The position numbers and the translations under genes were made by a program. Below the pieces are notes generated by a model, which saw only the letters and a list, made by a program, of their open reading frames with translations, had not been told where the DNA came from and ran no database searches. From the human T2T-CHM13v2.0 reference genome, Homo sapiens, in assembly GCF_009914755.1 (NCBI RefSeq), contig NC_060932.1: a stretch of 64,000 bases of DNA. One strand, written 5' to 3'. The first letter of the stretch is position 1; each line of letters opens with the position of its first letter. Positions 28,201 to 41,906 of this stretch are shown here, piece after piece.

Positions 28201-30747
28201 TGTGTTATAAAAAATCTTTTCAAACTTCAAATAATAGTAATCACTGGGGATTGTATTAAACTATAGATTCTGATTCTTGGATGGTGCTGATATTGCTGGG
28301 CCCAGAACCCCACTCTGAGTACAAGGCCCTAATCCCTGTGTTAGTGGACATGGTTGGGTGGCTGCAGACAGAACTCCAGGGCACTAAGCCCTGGAAAGGT
28401 GGTTCTTGCCATCAGAAGTGGTAGGGCTCAGTACCAGAGGGGCAGAGTGGGAACTCAAGGGCTGCAACTCCTGGAAGATTTCATGAATTTGCAAAAACCC
28501 TGGGGAAAAGAATGCAAAGATCATCCTAACAGTTCTGACCAAGAACTTTGAAGAGGGCTCACCTACAAGAGAAGGAGTTTTGCCCCCACTCTACAGATCC
28601 AAAAGCCTAGGTATATCACCTTGAGTGCTAAGAAATGTTTCTTTCTTATGTCCAACTACAATCTCTCTTATTGTATCTTAAGCTCATTTTCTTTTGCAAA
28701 TTTCTTTAGGAAGAAAGAACACAAGCAGTTAGCATTTCCACATATTGAAGTTAGTTTCAAGTCATCTCTTATGTTTCTAAGTCCAAATCTAAATACCTCA
28801 TTGCATTTTATTTTTGTCTTTATAGGAGTATGGGAGTCATTTTTTAAAATCTCTACAATAATCTTTTTTCTGATTCTTCTGCAGTTTTTATGAGCCAAAT
28901 ATGACATTATGAGATCTGACTAATTCATAGCAAAAATAACCACTTCCCAGCCCTCATAAAACACACTTCTTTTTTCCCCACAATGTATTAAACTTATGGT
29001 CAACTATGAATGCCAGGTCTCTTTCTACTGTTTATGTATATGTTGAGTCTCTGTTCTCTGTGTTTGTCTTTTTTGTTAAGTACTGAAACAATGGCAATTG
29101 ACACAGTAGCTGGCGCGTAGTAGATGATTAATAAATATCAGTGAAATAAACGTATAAATAATCTTGAACTAGTTTTTGCTGAATTATAACCTGTTTTTAA
29201 AGTGTATTTCTGTGCTCAAATCATTAGGAACCTCCCTGAAGGGGGAAGTGACCTCACTTAGAGCAAAGACATGAGTGTAGAATTGCCTGGAGGCATCTAA
29301 TAAATATTTTCCATGAGTGATGGTTGACCAAAGAAAGAGCAGAGTCTGTAATTTTCGAGATGATATAGAGAAAAGAAGGACTAAGAAAGACTATTGGACT
29401 GGGAATCAACCAGCAAAACTTCTAGCATTCGCCATACCCCAAATTAGCTGTGTGACCTTGAGGAATTCATTAGACTTCTCTGGGCTACAGGTATCCTAGC
29501 CAAGATACAATGGGTGGAATGAGATGATCGATCTCTAAGTTTCTCTTTAGCACTAACAATCTGTGGATCCATATGAACACTTGTATCAGGGTTTAGAAAA
29601 TAGAAACCAGTTGCCAAAAGACAAAGATTTGTTTAGAAATGCAAGTTATCTGTCAGAGGATCCTTGGACAAAAACAGCTCTTGCTTTCTCCTTTGGAGTC
29701 ATATTTTCCACCCTTGTGGCTTATTGCAATGGTCTTTAATGCATGCAGTTTTCTCTGTGACCCCTTTCAGTTTGTCATGCCTAGCTAGATTTGTGTGGTG
29801 CCTCATCACACCATTTGGCTCTGCGTCTGCCCGTGTTTGGTTGCAAAGTTCACAGTACTCCTCGTGGTGTGCTTGATTTGCCCTCGAAACTCCCATTGAC
29901 TTTGTGTACTCATTGCCTGATCAGGCCCATTTAATCTGCACAACTATTCAACACAAAGATGGATAATTAAACATTCTATGGATTTCAGTCTCATTCTCCA
30001 AGATGTAAGGGGTTTCCTGGCAGCACTGTCTGCCTGAATCCCTTGGAGCTTCCTGAGAGCTCTCCCTTCATAACCTACAGATAAATCACTCTTCTTCCCC
30101 AGAAACACAGCCACTTTCTCTTTTCTAAGGGCATCTACTTCATTTGTACCTGGGCCATGGTTAGGATATTTCAGGTAATTTCAGCTCCAGGAGGGCAGCA
30201 CTGCAATATCAGTTGGCCTCCATTTACCTCTGTTCCTTCCTGCCTGCCCTCTACTGAGGGCCTATTTTTGCCAGAAAATTTTGTTTTTGTTTGTTTCCAA
30301 TCCAATACACAAGCTTCCCACAGGTACCTAATGTGCCATCTGCATTTTAGCAAATATTATCTCCTCATTCAGCCTGAATCAAGGGCTTTTCTCTTAGCAT
30401 CTGGAATTTGTAGGTATGCTGTGTGCATTGGCAGAGCTAACCATGAGTGGAAACAAAACAGCATCTGTGAAATGGGATAATATAGGGACAGAGGCCAAGG
30501 AACTTTGAAGTAAGCAAAAGAGAAAACTCCAGCTGTGTTTAAGGGAAAGTTAATCAAAGCAACATGTGTTGTGTATTTTAGACCTACTATGTGCCTAGCA
30601 ATGTGCTGAATGCTTTTAATTATGCCAACTACTCATCTCAATGTCTCCATATAGTATTAGTTTCAACTTAGAAGAAGTAAGGCTAGGAGAGAAAAAAATA
30701 ACTTTCTCAAAGTCAAGCAACTAATAAGTGGGTTCAAATCTAGGCTT

Positions 30748-31240
30748 TCTTTTTTTTAATTTGTGTAACTGTATTGGGTAGAACTGTAATTTTGTTACAT
30801 ACATAGATTGTATAGCAGTGAAGTCAGTGCTTTTAGGGTTTCCATCACTCAAATAACATACATCATCATTAAGTAATCTCTCATCATTCATCGCCCTCAC
30901 ATCCTCTCACCTTTCTGAATCTCTGTTGTCCATTCCACAGTCTATGTCCATGTAGACATATTATTTAGCTCTCATTTGTAAGTGAGCACATGCAGTAGTT
31001 GTTCTTCTGTGTCTGAGTGGTTTCCCTTAAGATAATGACCTTCAGTTCCATCCATGTCGCTGCACAAGACATGATTTTAATTTTCTATGGCTGAATAGTA
31101 TTCCATTGTGCATATGTAACACATATTCTTTATCCAGTCTTTCATTTACGGGCACTTAGGCTGATTTTTGCTGTTGTCAATAGTGCTGTGATCAATTTAT
31201 GGGTGCAGGTATCTTTTTTATATAATGATTTCTTTTCCTT
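30748..31240 (-). mobile_element. L1PB3/4-type 3' end inserted in a MIR
   Basis: gtgaagtcagtgcttttagggtttccatcac...tatggctgaatagtattccattgtg; degenerate TSD ttcaaa(t/c)ctagg. Confidence 0.88.
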
Positions 31241-31654
31241 TCAAACCTAGGACTTCTTAACTTTAAAATTTATGTTCTTTTCCTTTTTTATCAAACCGCT
31301 ATGAGAGGGAAGAGTAAATGTGAGGACAAGTGCAGGAGAGGAGAGGGAGATACAGGAAAGGAAAGGATGTAGGTACATTCACAGCTGCCTCAAGTGGCAC
31401 TCAGAGTGTGTCATCCATGCCAGTGATCTGTCATCAATACCAGAAACTACATACACTTTACAATTTGGTTCCAGCACAACAAAAGTCAATACATATAACT
31501 CTCTTCTGAATCTTTCATCATCAGGCTTCTTACTGGGGAATTCTCCAAGTGTGCACAAGTGTCCACATATCCCCATGACCTACTTTGTAGTTCATGTTTG
31601 GGGTGCAGGCCACCCATTCTTAGTTTCTAGCCTTTCCCACCCATGTATACGCAC

Positions 31655-32370
31655 TGTGATCTCTGACTGTAAGCGAGCATGCTAAAAATGTAGTAGCCTA
31701 CAACAACATCATCACTTTGTTATTACCTCTCATGGTTCTGAGGGATAACTGGGCTTAGCTGGATGGTTCTTGCTCAGGGTCTCTCATGTGGCTGCAACCA
31801 GACAGTGACCTATACTGAAGACATCTCGAAGGCTTCTTCATTTGCATGTGTGGTGGTTGGTTCTGTCATTTAATGGCTCATTTGTGTCCTCTCCATGTGA
31901 CTGGAGCTTTCTCACAGCACAAGGCTGGGTTCTAAGAGAAGCAGCTTGACAGATCCTCTGGAAGCTGGGTCAACTTTTAGGCCTTGGATGTCTCACAGTA
32001 TCACTTTGCCATACCCATAGCTCTGTCTAGATTCAAGGAGAGGGAACATAGACCTCACTTCTTGATGAAAGGAGCGTCACTGTCACATAGTAAGAGGAGT
32101 GTGTGCAATGGATCTTATGATGACCATCTTGGAAACTCTATTTTGCCAGAATCCTCCCATTTTATTTCTCTCCCATATGTGACATATACTCATCTTTTCT
32201 CCCAAGACCACCGTATCCCATACCATTACAGCATCATCTCAAAGTCAGGATCTCATGCACTAAGTAAGATATGCTGTGGGTGAAGCTCCTTGGATTCCTC
32301 TCCTTGACTACCGTTTCTGTATCTGAAGATGTATGAACTAAAGAGACAAGTTATCTGCCTCCTAAAGACA
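31655..32370 (-). mobile_element. MLT1 LTR, probably with adjoining internal sequence
   Basis: tctcatggttctgagggataactgggcttagctggatggttcttgctcagggtctctcatg. Confidence 0.65.
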
Positions 32371-32764
32371 TCACTTTTTAAACATTCACTCTGTATTGGG
32401 CCCTGAATCTGGCATTTAGATGAGTTACTTATCAACAGTCCTGAGAAGTAAGTAATATTATCCCTAATTCCAGGCATATCAAAGTAAGTACCCAAGAACT
32501 TGTAGCTACTGAGAGTCTTTAGCTCCCCAATGAGGCTAGATGAACACACATTATGCAAGACAAATTATAAATACCTTACCATGCAGTTAACTTATATTCA
32601 GTAGCATTCATTTATATTCAGTAGTAATTCTGAAAGTGTCCATAGACCACAAGGAGTCCCTGAAATATTTTCAGGAAACTCAAGAGGTTAAAATGGTTTT
32701 CATAATAATATTAAGACTTTACATGCCCTTTTCACTTGACATTTGCACTGATGGTGCAAAAGCA

Positions 32765-34047
32765 TGAGAGTTAAAAGGAACCAGGCCTTCTCAAAGAAAT
32801 AGCTGAGCCAGGGACTGGAGCAAAGTCAGTACAAAGATGAGCCAGCAACAATTTATTAGGCCAGAAAGTGAGAAAGTATTCAAGGAAAAAAAATAATGAT
32901 TGGGACACATCACAGACATAGGATACAGCTTGGAAGGCTCCTCCTGGCCAGATCTGGGACAATTTTAGGACAAAAATAAGTAAGTTCTGGGAAATAATAT
33001 AAACAATTGAAAAAAACACAAATTCATGAGTTTAGGCCAATAAAAGATAGCTAAATAGATGATAGAAAGATCATAGGAGAAGAAAAGAGGGCTCTTGCTT
33101 ACAGTAGAATGCTAAGGCTAATTGGCACACATGGAGGGGATGCTGAAACTGGAGAATCATCATTTTGCAATCTCCATAGTTGCAATCTCCAAAGATTGGA
33201 TCAGGCAAGAACCATCATTGGATGCTAAATCTAGAAGAAGATTTTTATGAGAAGCTGAATTTGCATGGTCTTGAAGGATCTCACCACACACTACTTATTG
33301 TGGTAAAAGAGAAAAATAAAATAAATTTAAAATTAAAAGAGTGGAAAATTAAAGACTGGAAAACTCGAACCATGCCTTGAATAATGATAACAGTTAATGT
33401 TACTAATGAAAGGCATATGGTGATCGTGTGACTTCACATGTGGCTTCTGAGAAAGACACTCATGCAGTATTCTGGCATAGGATGCATAATGTGAACCTAA
33501 TCACAATGCACCATCAGAAAAACACAAAATGAAGGATGCTCTGTTTTTTTCTTTTTATAAGTGGATACATGGAGGAAGGTGGCCTCTACTCTTAAAAAAG
33601 TGTCATAAAAAAAAGGTTGTGGAAATGTTTCAGATAAAAGGAGGCTGAAAAGACAAGAGAACTAAATGCAATACTACCTGATACTGGATCTTGTACCTGT
33701 AAATTATCACATTAGGTCAACAGACAATACTGGAATACAGACAATAAAAATGTTATCAATGTAACTTTATAAAGTTGATAACTCTACTGTGGTTATTGAA
33801 GAGAAAATTCCTCCTCTTAGCAAACAAATATTGAAATATTTAAGGGTAAATAGCCATGATGTATGTAACTTAACTTCATGATTCAGGGGAAGAAAAGAGG
33901 TGGGGAAAGAGGGTAAGTGATAAGGCAAATGGGGAAAAATTTTAAACTGGTAAATCAAAATAAAGAGTATCTGGGTGTTCCTTGAATTATTTTTATTTTT
34001 GAAAATTTTTAAGTTAAATATGTCTCCAAACAGAAAATTTAAAATAA
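32765..34047 (+). mobile_element. L1MC (L1MC3-like) 3' region
   Basis: aaaggaaccaggccttctcaaagaaatagctga...gtacaaagatgagcc; flanked by caaaagca at 32757 and 34048. Confidence 0.75.
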
Positions 34048-34156
34048 CAAAAGCAATGGTGGAGCAAAGCACTGGTGTTTTGAACAAATTGAGGCAGTGC
34101 CCCCAAATGGTAGTAGGTGTTGTGGTGTGTTCTTCACCACCACATACTCACAATTT

Positions 34157-34244
34157 AAAAAAGAAAGAAGAAAGAAAGAGAGAAAGAAAGAAAGAAAGAA
34201 AGGAAGGAAGGAAGGAAGGAAGGAAGGAAGGAAGGAAGGAAGGA

Positions 34245-34296
<52 letters not shown>

Positions 34297-34324
34297 AAAG
34301 AAAGAAGAAAGAAAGGAAGGAAGG

Positions 34325-34371
<47 letters not shown>

Positions 34372-34377
34372 AAAGAA
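34157..34377. repeat. Complex (GAAA)n/(GGAA)n purine tract, 221 bp
   Basis: Directly visible; no pyrimidines on the + strand. Confidence 0.99.
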
Positions 34378-36459
34378 TCTGGTTTAATGTTTAAATGTTA
34401 TGGATGAAATAATAAGAATTATTAACTTTATTGTGCTATGTGCCCTGAGTACATGTCATTTTAATATTGGGAAGACTCAAATATTGGGAAATGGGAAGTA
34501 TACATAAAGCACTCCTGCTGTGTGCTGAAGTGTGATGTTGTCTCAAGGAAACGCAGGAAGGTGTGCACGTGCTTGAGGGCTGAGCTGCAGTCGCTGCTTC
34601 TGTCCATGGAATTCCATTTTGAGTTGAAAGGACAATTGGCAGGCAAACTACAGTTATTCAGACAAATGATGGTTATCAAGCAGACACTCTCTCAAATATG
34701 AAGGAAATGAGCCTGTCACTTCAAGGAAAACAACTGACAAGATTTTTTGCTAATAATAAACTTTGAGGAGGTTTCATGTGATAATTAGAAAACTTAGTAT
34801 CTGACACTATGACACTTGACAGCTTCCCAATATTTAAATATGTTTCTGATGAGACTGGTAGTGATATTAAGTACTATGATTTTGTATATTGTAAATGAAA
34901 TGGGTCAATATTTGGAAGATCTGCATTACTCAGTGAACCAGTATTTTCTGAATGATCAACGCATGATGATACAAAATTGTGCCTGGGCAAGCCTCATTCA
35001 AAGTGTAAGAAATACTAATGGATTTTAATGTAACTGAGTATAAAAAGTTTATTAATAAGGTTTCACAGTTTTAAGAAACTACTACTTATTGAGTTTTGGT
35101 ATAGTATCAAGAAAGAATCTCCATAATTATCTGAAAGGCTATTAAAATACTCCTTCCCTTTTCTACCACACATCTGTGTGAGGCAAGCTTTTTTTCGTAT
35201 ACTTTAACCAAAATAAAATATCACAGCAAAGTAAATCCAAAAGCAGATATGAGAATTTCTATGTTTTCTATTAAGCCAGACATTAAGAGATTTGCAAAAA
35301 CAGAAAACAACTTTTGCTCTTCTCACTAATGTTTTTTATTTTGGAAAATACAGTAATTTTCGTTTTTAAAATATATCATTTATGTTCATATGAATGAGTA
35401 TACTGTTGTTACTTATAGATGAATTAATAAATAAATATATTTAAAATGTTAATTTTTAATATCTAACATGGAATCTACAAAAAAAAAAGCTCTTTGGGAT
35501 CCTCAATAATTAAGAGTATAAAGGGGTCCTGACATCATTTTGTGTTCTTAATGGAAAGGGTGGTAAACTCAGGTGCCTGTGCTCCTATTATGGCAGCTGA
35601 AGCCGTACTGGGATGCTGCCTCTACAGGTGCTTGCGTTAACCACACAGTACAGTCAAGGGCAGGCATGTGACCTAAGCTTGGCCAATTGGACTTTTTCTT
35701 CTGGCATTTTAGTTATTGAATGAAATGAAACTACAGTAGAAGATATAGTGTATGTTCATTCATTCTAGTTTTTGAGACCATATGGAGGTTCCTCGTTTCT
35801 CTCTGTTACAAGCCCAGTTTCTTCAGTTTTCCTGTCATTCTAGCAGGACAATACATCTCTCCACACTCATCACCCCCCGCATCTCCATATTTTAGCCACC
35901 ATAGGATTCTGTTGCCTGCTACCAAAAAATCTTAATAATACATTAATCTCTTACTTTACCCTGGAAATGACTTCTCCTTGAATTTCCTTCATGCTGCAAT
36001 TCTGCTCTTTACCTTGAGTGTCTCATGTCCTGATTCGGAAAGCTTTTTGCTCCTGCCTGTGGGTGACACCCAAGAGTTATAGCCTACTCATTCTAGTCAA
36101 TCCATTAATAGCTGGAATTCAGGCTTAAAACAACTCACATTGGTAAGAAACATGGCTTCTAAGACAATTTTTGTTTCTCATGAATAAATTTCACTTTGTC
36201 TAGAGGAGCCCAGGAAATTTCCTGTTTAGCCAATTAAAGCCCATTTTGTTTGTTTGTTTTTAAGTAGGTGAAGATATTTAGAGATCTAATAGGCCCTGTA
36301 GAAATAATTTATTATGTTTTTTTGTCGTGGTTATTGTTATATGATAAATGAAGAATCAAAGGGACCTCCTGGTGATAAAAATGCCAGATTTGGAATCAGA
36401 AAACCAGAATTACAGCTGTAACCTTTTTTAAAAAATGTATTTTCTGCTTATGTATATAG

Positions 36460-36729
<270 letters not shown>

Positions 36730-37539
36730 GTATATAGCTATAACTTTTTAACTCACCTAAAGGTATGTCCTTGAGCAAGGACTAGATGATCTCATCAGGC
36801 CCTTCCAATTCTAGAGTTATGTAATTTAAAGTTCAGCAAAGCTTCACCAACTATCACTTCCTACTCTATCCCTCCCTAGACAAGAATTGACGCCTACCTT
36901 TCCTGAGCAGTGCTGTTGGCAGGTAATAGCACAGGCTCTGGATGCAAGTAGACAAGTGCCCAAACCTGGGCTAAGTGACCTCACCTCATCTGAAAAATGG
37001 GAATGATGATATTAAGGTATTGTTTTGTGGATTAATGAGGTAATGTGCATAACACATTTAGCACAAAGCCTGTAATAGAACAAATGCTTGGTGAAAGCAA
37101 GCCACAATGCTATTATAGCTATAGCTGAACACACTCTTCACAGATTATAGTCATCCCGCCACTAAATACATTTTGCAGACAGCTTGCTATTTCTTCTTCT
37201 GTAATTCTAAATGTGTTTTACCTACAACTCAGTAGGAGTTAGGCTAAATTTATCGCTTTGCATGGAATCAGCAAAAACTGTAATAGGGTATACTGTCAGT
37301 GAGTAATGGCATATATTTGTAAAGGATCAGTGTTTCCTGCAAAGGAGAGGAAGGATTCAGCACCCCATCTAGAAGAGCTCCTTTGCTGCTGAAATTGAAT
37401 CTGTATGCTGCTCTTCAGTGTATTACTTTACTGTGAGGTGACTCAGGAGATAAGACAACAGAGCATTGTGGGCAAATAGATCACATTCAGAAGAAGCTGC
37501 CTCTTAGCACTTGTTTTTCTTGTGCCCTGCTATATCCCT

Positions 37540-37852
37540 TTTATGGCCTGAATTGTGTTTACCCAAAACTCATATGTTAAAGGTCTTTAGGATGATTCCC
37601 TAATCCAATATGATGTCCCTGGGAGAAGAAGAAATCTGGACACAGACGTACATGAGCAGAGGGAAGGCCATGTAAAAACACAGAAAAAAAGATGGTCATC
37701 AGAAGCCAAGGAGAGAGGCCTCAGAATAAACCAACCCTGCTGACACCTGGATTTTGGACTTCCACTCTCTAGAGCTGTGAGAAAATAAATTTCTGTTGTT
37801 TAAGCCACCCAGTCTGTGCTGTTTTTTATGGCAGCTTGGGCAAACTAATACA
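37540..37852 (+). mobile_element. MLT1B-like solo LTR
   Basis: agccaaggagagaggcctcagaa...tgtgagaaaataaatttctgttgtttaagccacccagtctgtg...aaactaataca. Confidence 0.85.
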
Positions 37853-38733
37853 ATCTCCAAGGCCTAAAAAAGTGTCTGGCACACAGTAGGTATTCAATAA
37901 ATACTTGTTGGATGACTACAAGAAGAAATGGAGCAGTTGGCAGCTGACACCCAGTTTTAATGAAAGCAAGTCTCAGTTCACACAGTACAAAATAAGTCAT
38001 TTACTGACAGGTGGCTGAAAACAGTCACACAAGCATGTCTGGAAACTCAGAGGACTCTGAGTTCTCTGTCCTTTTTGAAACTCAGAAGATGCTTTGGACA
38101 AAAGGTCAGTGGGGCAAAGGCAAAAATATGCCAGCAGCAGAATTTGCCTAACATCCATTGGACTGAGGACTAGGGACATTTAGGAATCAAGAATTAAAAA
38201 AAAAAAAAAAAAAAAAAAGAAGCAGCTGCTGCTTCTCACCTCTGAAGCAGAAGATGCAAATTATATAGCTATGTCACTGAGTCCTGGCTAACAGAGAAAC
38301 CTCTCAACCTGTTTAGAAGAATCCACGGCCATTAGTGGAAATATTAGTACATCAGAGAGGTTAACTTTGATGATCCCCAAGCAGCACTTGTAAAATTCCA
38401 TAGTTTACAAACTTCTCCATTCCTTTTCATTTTTCTCTGAGGTTATTGTGGTAAAGCAATCTGCTTAAGGTCTCAAATTAGTCAGTGGCTGTATCAATTA
38501 AGCTGATTTCAGAGACAAGTAACAATTCAACAGCTGTAAACAATTAGGAAATTTACTGATTCACATAACTGCAAGTCCAGGAGTGGTATGTAATTCAAGA
38601 TTTTTTAATCTAGAAGCTCCATAGTGTGCTCCAGAGTTCAGATTCCCTCTGACATTCACAGTTTTAGTATTGCCCTAAAAACAGCTCCCTTAATGGTCAT
38701 AGAATGGAGGCTTTTTCTTTCACACTCAGTAGA

Positions 38734-39099
38734 TGAGATGGTTTGGCTGCATCCTCACCCAAATCTCATCTTGAATTGTAGCTCCCATAATTCCCATGTG
38801 TTGTGGGAGGGACCCAGTGGGAAATAATTGAATCATGGGGGTGGGTCTTTCACATGCTGTTCTCATGATAGTGAGTAAGTCTCATGAGATCTGACGGTTT
38901 TATAAAGGGGAGTTCCCCTGCACAGGCTCTCTTGCCTGCTGCCATGTAAGACGTGACTTTTCTTCTCCTTCACCCTCCACCATGATCGTGAGGCCTCTCT
39001 CCAGCCATGTGAAACTGTGAGTCCATTAAACCTCTTTCCTTTATAAATTACCCAGTCTCGGGTATGTCTTTATTAGCAGTGTGAGAATAGACTAATACA
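38734..39099 (+). mobile_element. THE1B solo LTR, nested in an older MLT1 LTR
   Basis: TG...CA ends, cccaaatctcatcttgaattgtagctccc...actaataca; perfect 5-bp TSD gtaga at 38729 and 39100. Confidence 0.95.
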
Positions 39100-40219
39100 G
39101 TAGACAAAGAGAATCACTTAAAGAAGTTGTACCTGAAGGGTGAGCAAGAACTTTCTCAGAATCCCTCAGTCAGATCCCTTCTTATTTGTCAGTGGTCCAA
39201 TTTGGATTCACATGTCCATCAAGGAACCAATCATTGCCAAAGCAGGGAGAAGATTGTCTTAAGTCAATCAGGCACACTCCTGAACAACAAAAAAAATATG
39301 GCTCCCTTAAGGAGGAAGGCAAAACATATGTGAGATAGGAAATCAGCATTGTCTACCATGGTGGTTCAACTGAAACATGAGCCAGGTCCTTCCTGTCTAC
39401 CATGTCATTTCTTATCTGAAAAATCTTTACAACTTACAAGTAATTGACAAAATGGTTAATCACGTTGTTAAATAGCTGTTTTCCTCGCAAAAGGACAGTA
39501 AGTTTTCTTTAAATAGTGAAGTTCTTACTAGTAATTAAAAGAGGCTACAATATTGAAGGTTCTGATTTTCCTATGATTTCGATAATAAGTTACTAACATT
39601 AAGCCATGTCCTCCTGTGTGAAAATCATCCCCTCCCTCGTTCCAACTTTCAGGACATTAAATGTAACTGGGACTACTCCAGGAACACTAAAAGCCACTGC
39701 TTTATTACAAACGGTATTTTGCTGCTCATTAAAGTAGGTACATCACACTTAATGAAAGCTCAGTAAGTTATAAGCAAGCATTCTCAAGAGTAAGTCATCA
39801 TGACTGCCAACCTGGTGCTTTCAGCTGTGGAGCATCCCCTAGGGACTAGGTGGAGAAGTGCCGGGGAAGCTGGAGCTCCTACCTACAGATGTCTTGGCAC
39901 TGGAGGCTGCTTTCTTTGAGCCTAGCCTTCCAGGCAATTGATCCTGATCCTTTGGCTCAGAGAATCATTATCGTTTTTAGCTTTGCAGCAGGAGACCAAT
40001 AGAGACAAATGAAGAAATTAGAACCATACTCAGGCTTCACCAAATCTTATGGCAGAGCCCAGAAAAGCCCACTGGGATTGCTCCATAGAGACACCACAGC
40101 ACTTAAGCACTGACAGTATCAGGTTAGACTAGAAAGCGTGGGCTTCCACAGGGCAGAGGAAAATGGCCCAGGAAGAAGGGGTGAAGCCTCCCTCAAAGAC
40201 AAAGCGTGCTATAAGGGAT

Positions 40220-41830
40220 CCCAAATCCAATCAAGAACCTAAATCCCAACTCCATCCTCAATGCAGTTTCTCCCCCTCAATTCTTTTATTTTGTTAATGT
40301 CTTCATCATCTGTCAGATACTCAAGCTTGAAGCTTCACGGTTACATGTGACTTCTTCTCCCTTATCCCCCATTTCTGATCAGCTGTCAAGAGCTGTCAGT
40401 TCTATCTCCTTTACTCCTTTTCTTTCTGCCTCTTCCTCTCCATTCTATTTGCTGTCAGCCTAATTCAGACCCTCATTAACTCTTGTTGGATTATTAACAT
40501 GGCTTCATCACTGGCCTATTCATCTCCTGCCCCTATGCTGTCCAACCACTCTATTAATTGCTGAATTGATTTTCTTTTTTTTTTTTTTTGAGATGGAGTC
40601 TCGCTCTGTCGCCCAGGCTGGAGTGCAGTGGTGCTAACTCGGCTCACTGCAAGCTCGCCTCCCGGGTTCATGCCATTCTCCTGCCTCAGCCTCCCGAGTA
40701 GCTGGGACTACAGGCGCTCACCACCATGCCCCACTAATTTTTTGTATTTTTAGTAGAAACGGGGTTTCACTGTTTTAGCCTGGATGGTCTCGATCTCCTG
40801 ACCTTGTGATCTGCCTGCCTCGGCCTCCCAAAGTGCAGGGATTACAAGGCATGAGCCACTGTGCCCGGCCCGCTGAATTGATTTTCATAAAGCACAGCTC
40901 CAATTCTGTCACTTCCCTGCTTACTGAAAAACTTTAAAAGTCCACTTTCCCTACAAAAACACATCACAATCCCTGTCTTAGATTTAAGAACTTTTGTGTT
41001 CTGATTTCCCCAGCCTTATCTTCTAACTCTCCCCTGAATATTCTCATTCTCACAAGACTTCTCAAAATTCCCCATATATACCCCACGTTTCCCTCTCTGA
41101 TTCCTATCCAAGAGTTACTCTGTACCTGGAATCCCTCAAATCTCCATTTCCACCTACCATTTATCCTCTTAGATCCAGCTGTTATGTTATGGCCTTGGAG
41201 GACATACTCACCAGTTGTGATCTATCCATCTTCTGAAAATCCAGTAAGTATTACCTTTCTGCTGTTGCACAAACATCTCTATTTTTCAATTATAAACCAT
41301 AGCTTTCCCACTGTATTCAACTCATTTTATCCATTAATTATACAAATATTTATTGAGTGGGGTATTATTACTGCTACAGGCACTAGAGACATCATAATGG
41401 ATGTACAAAACAGACCAAAACCCCCACTATCTTAGAGCTTACATTTTATTAGAGGAGAAAACAATAAGATTAAGAAGAAAAATCTGTAATATATTAGGTA
41501 GTGGTGAGTACAATAGAGAAAAGAAAAAGCTGAGAAAGGGAAAGGAAGTGTTAGCTCAAGGGGTTTGACATTTTAGATGCAGTGGTCAGGAAAGCACTCA
41601 TTGAAAAGATGACTTGAAGTGAAATTCTGAAAGAAGTGAGAGAGCCAACCATGCAGATATCTTGAGGTAAGAGTACTCAAGGCAAGGGAAACAGAAAATG
41701 TGAAGGCTTTGGAGCAGAAGCTTGCCTGGTGTGCTCAAAGAACAGGAATGGGACCTGCATGGAATGAACATAACAGAGTGTCCCTGGATGTAAAGATTGT
41801 AATTAAAGACAATGATGGACATAGAGTAGA
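40220..41830. mobile_element. L2 fragments (about 40220-41290 plus, 41335-41830 minus)
   Basis: tcagaccctcatt...tctgtcacttccctgctta; caaatatttattgagt...gagcttacatttt...gtggtcaggaaag. Confidence 0.65.
40575..40870 (-). mobile_element. AluY
   Basis: ctgcaagctc / catgccattctcc diagnostics; 15-bp TSD gctgaattgattttc at 40560 and 40872. Confidence 0.97.
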
Positions 41831-41906
41831 ATATCCCCAAAAGCAGACATAAAATAGTATCTATTGAAATATTGAACATTTTAAATATATTTCTGTGCTT
41901 TTATGT

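Larger units (their letters stand above)
32625..35535. mobile_element. Charlie1a (hAT) DNA transposon, split by an L1MC and an STR
   Basis: gacatttgcactgatggtgcaaaagca resumes as caaaagcaatggtgg at 34048; gagcctgtcacttcaaggaaaacaactgaca; ends gctctttgggatcctcaataat...aaggggtcctga. Confidence 0.82.

Noticed and set aside
33975-34394. Lys/Glu/Arg-rich ORFs
   Set aside because: Translations of the GAAA/GGAA tract, which cannot contain stop codons.
40765-40790. gttttagcc in the AluY, one AluYa5-type diagnostic base
   Set aside because: The other Ya5 diagnostics are absent and the CpGs are decayed; probably an independent substitution.
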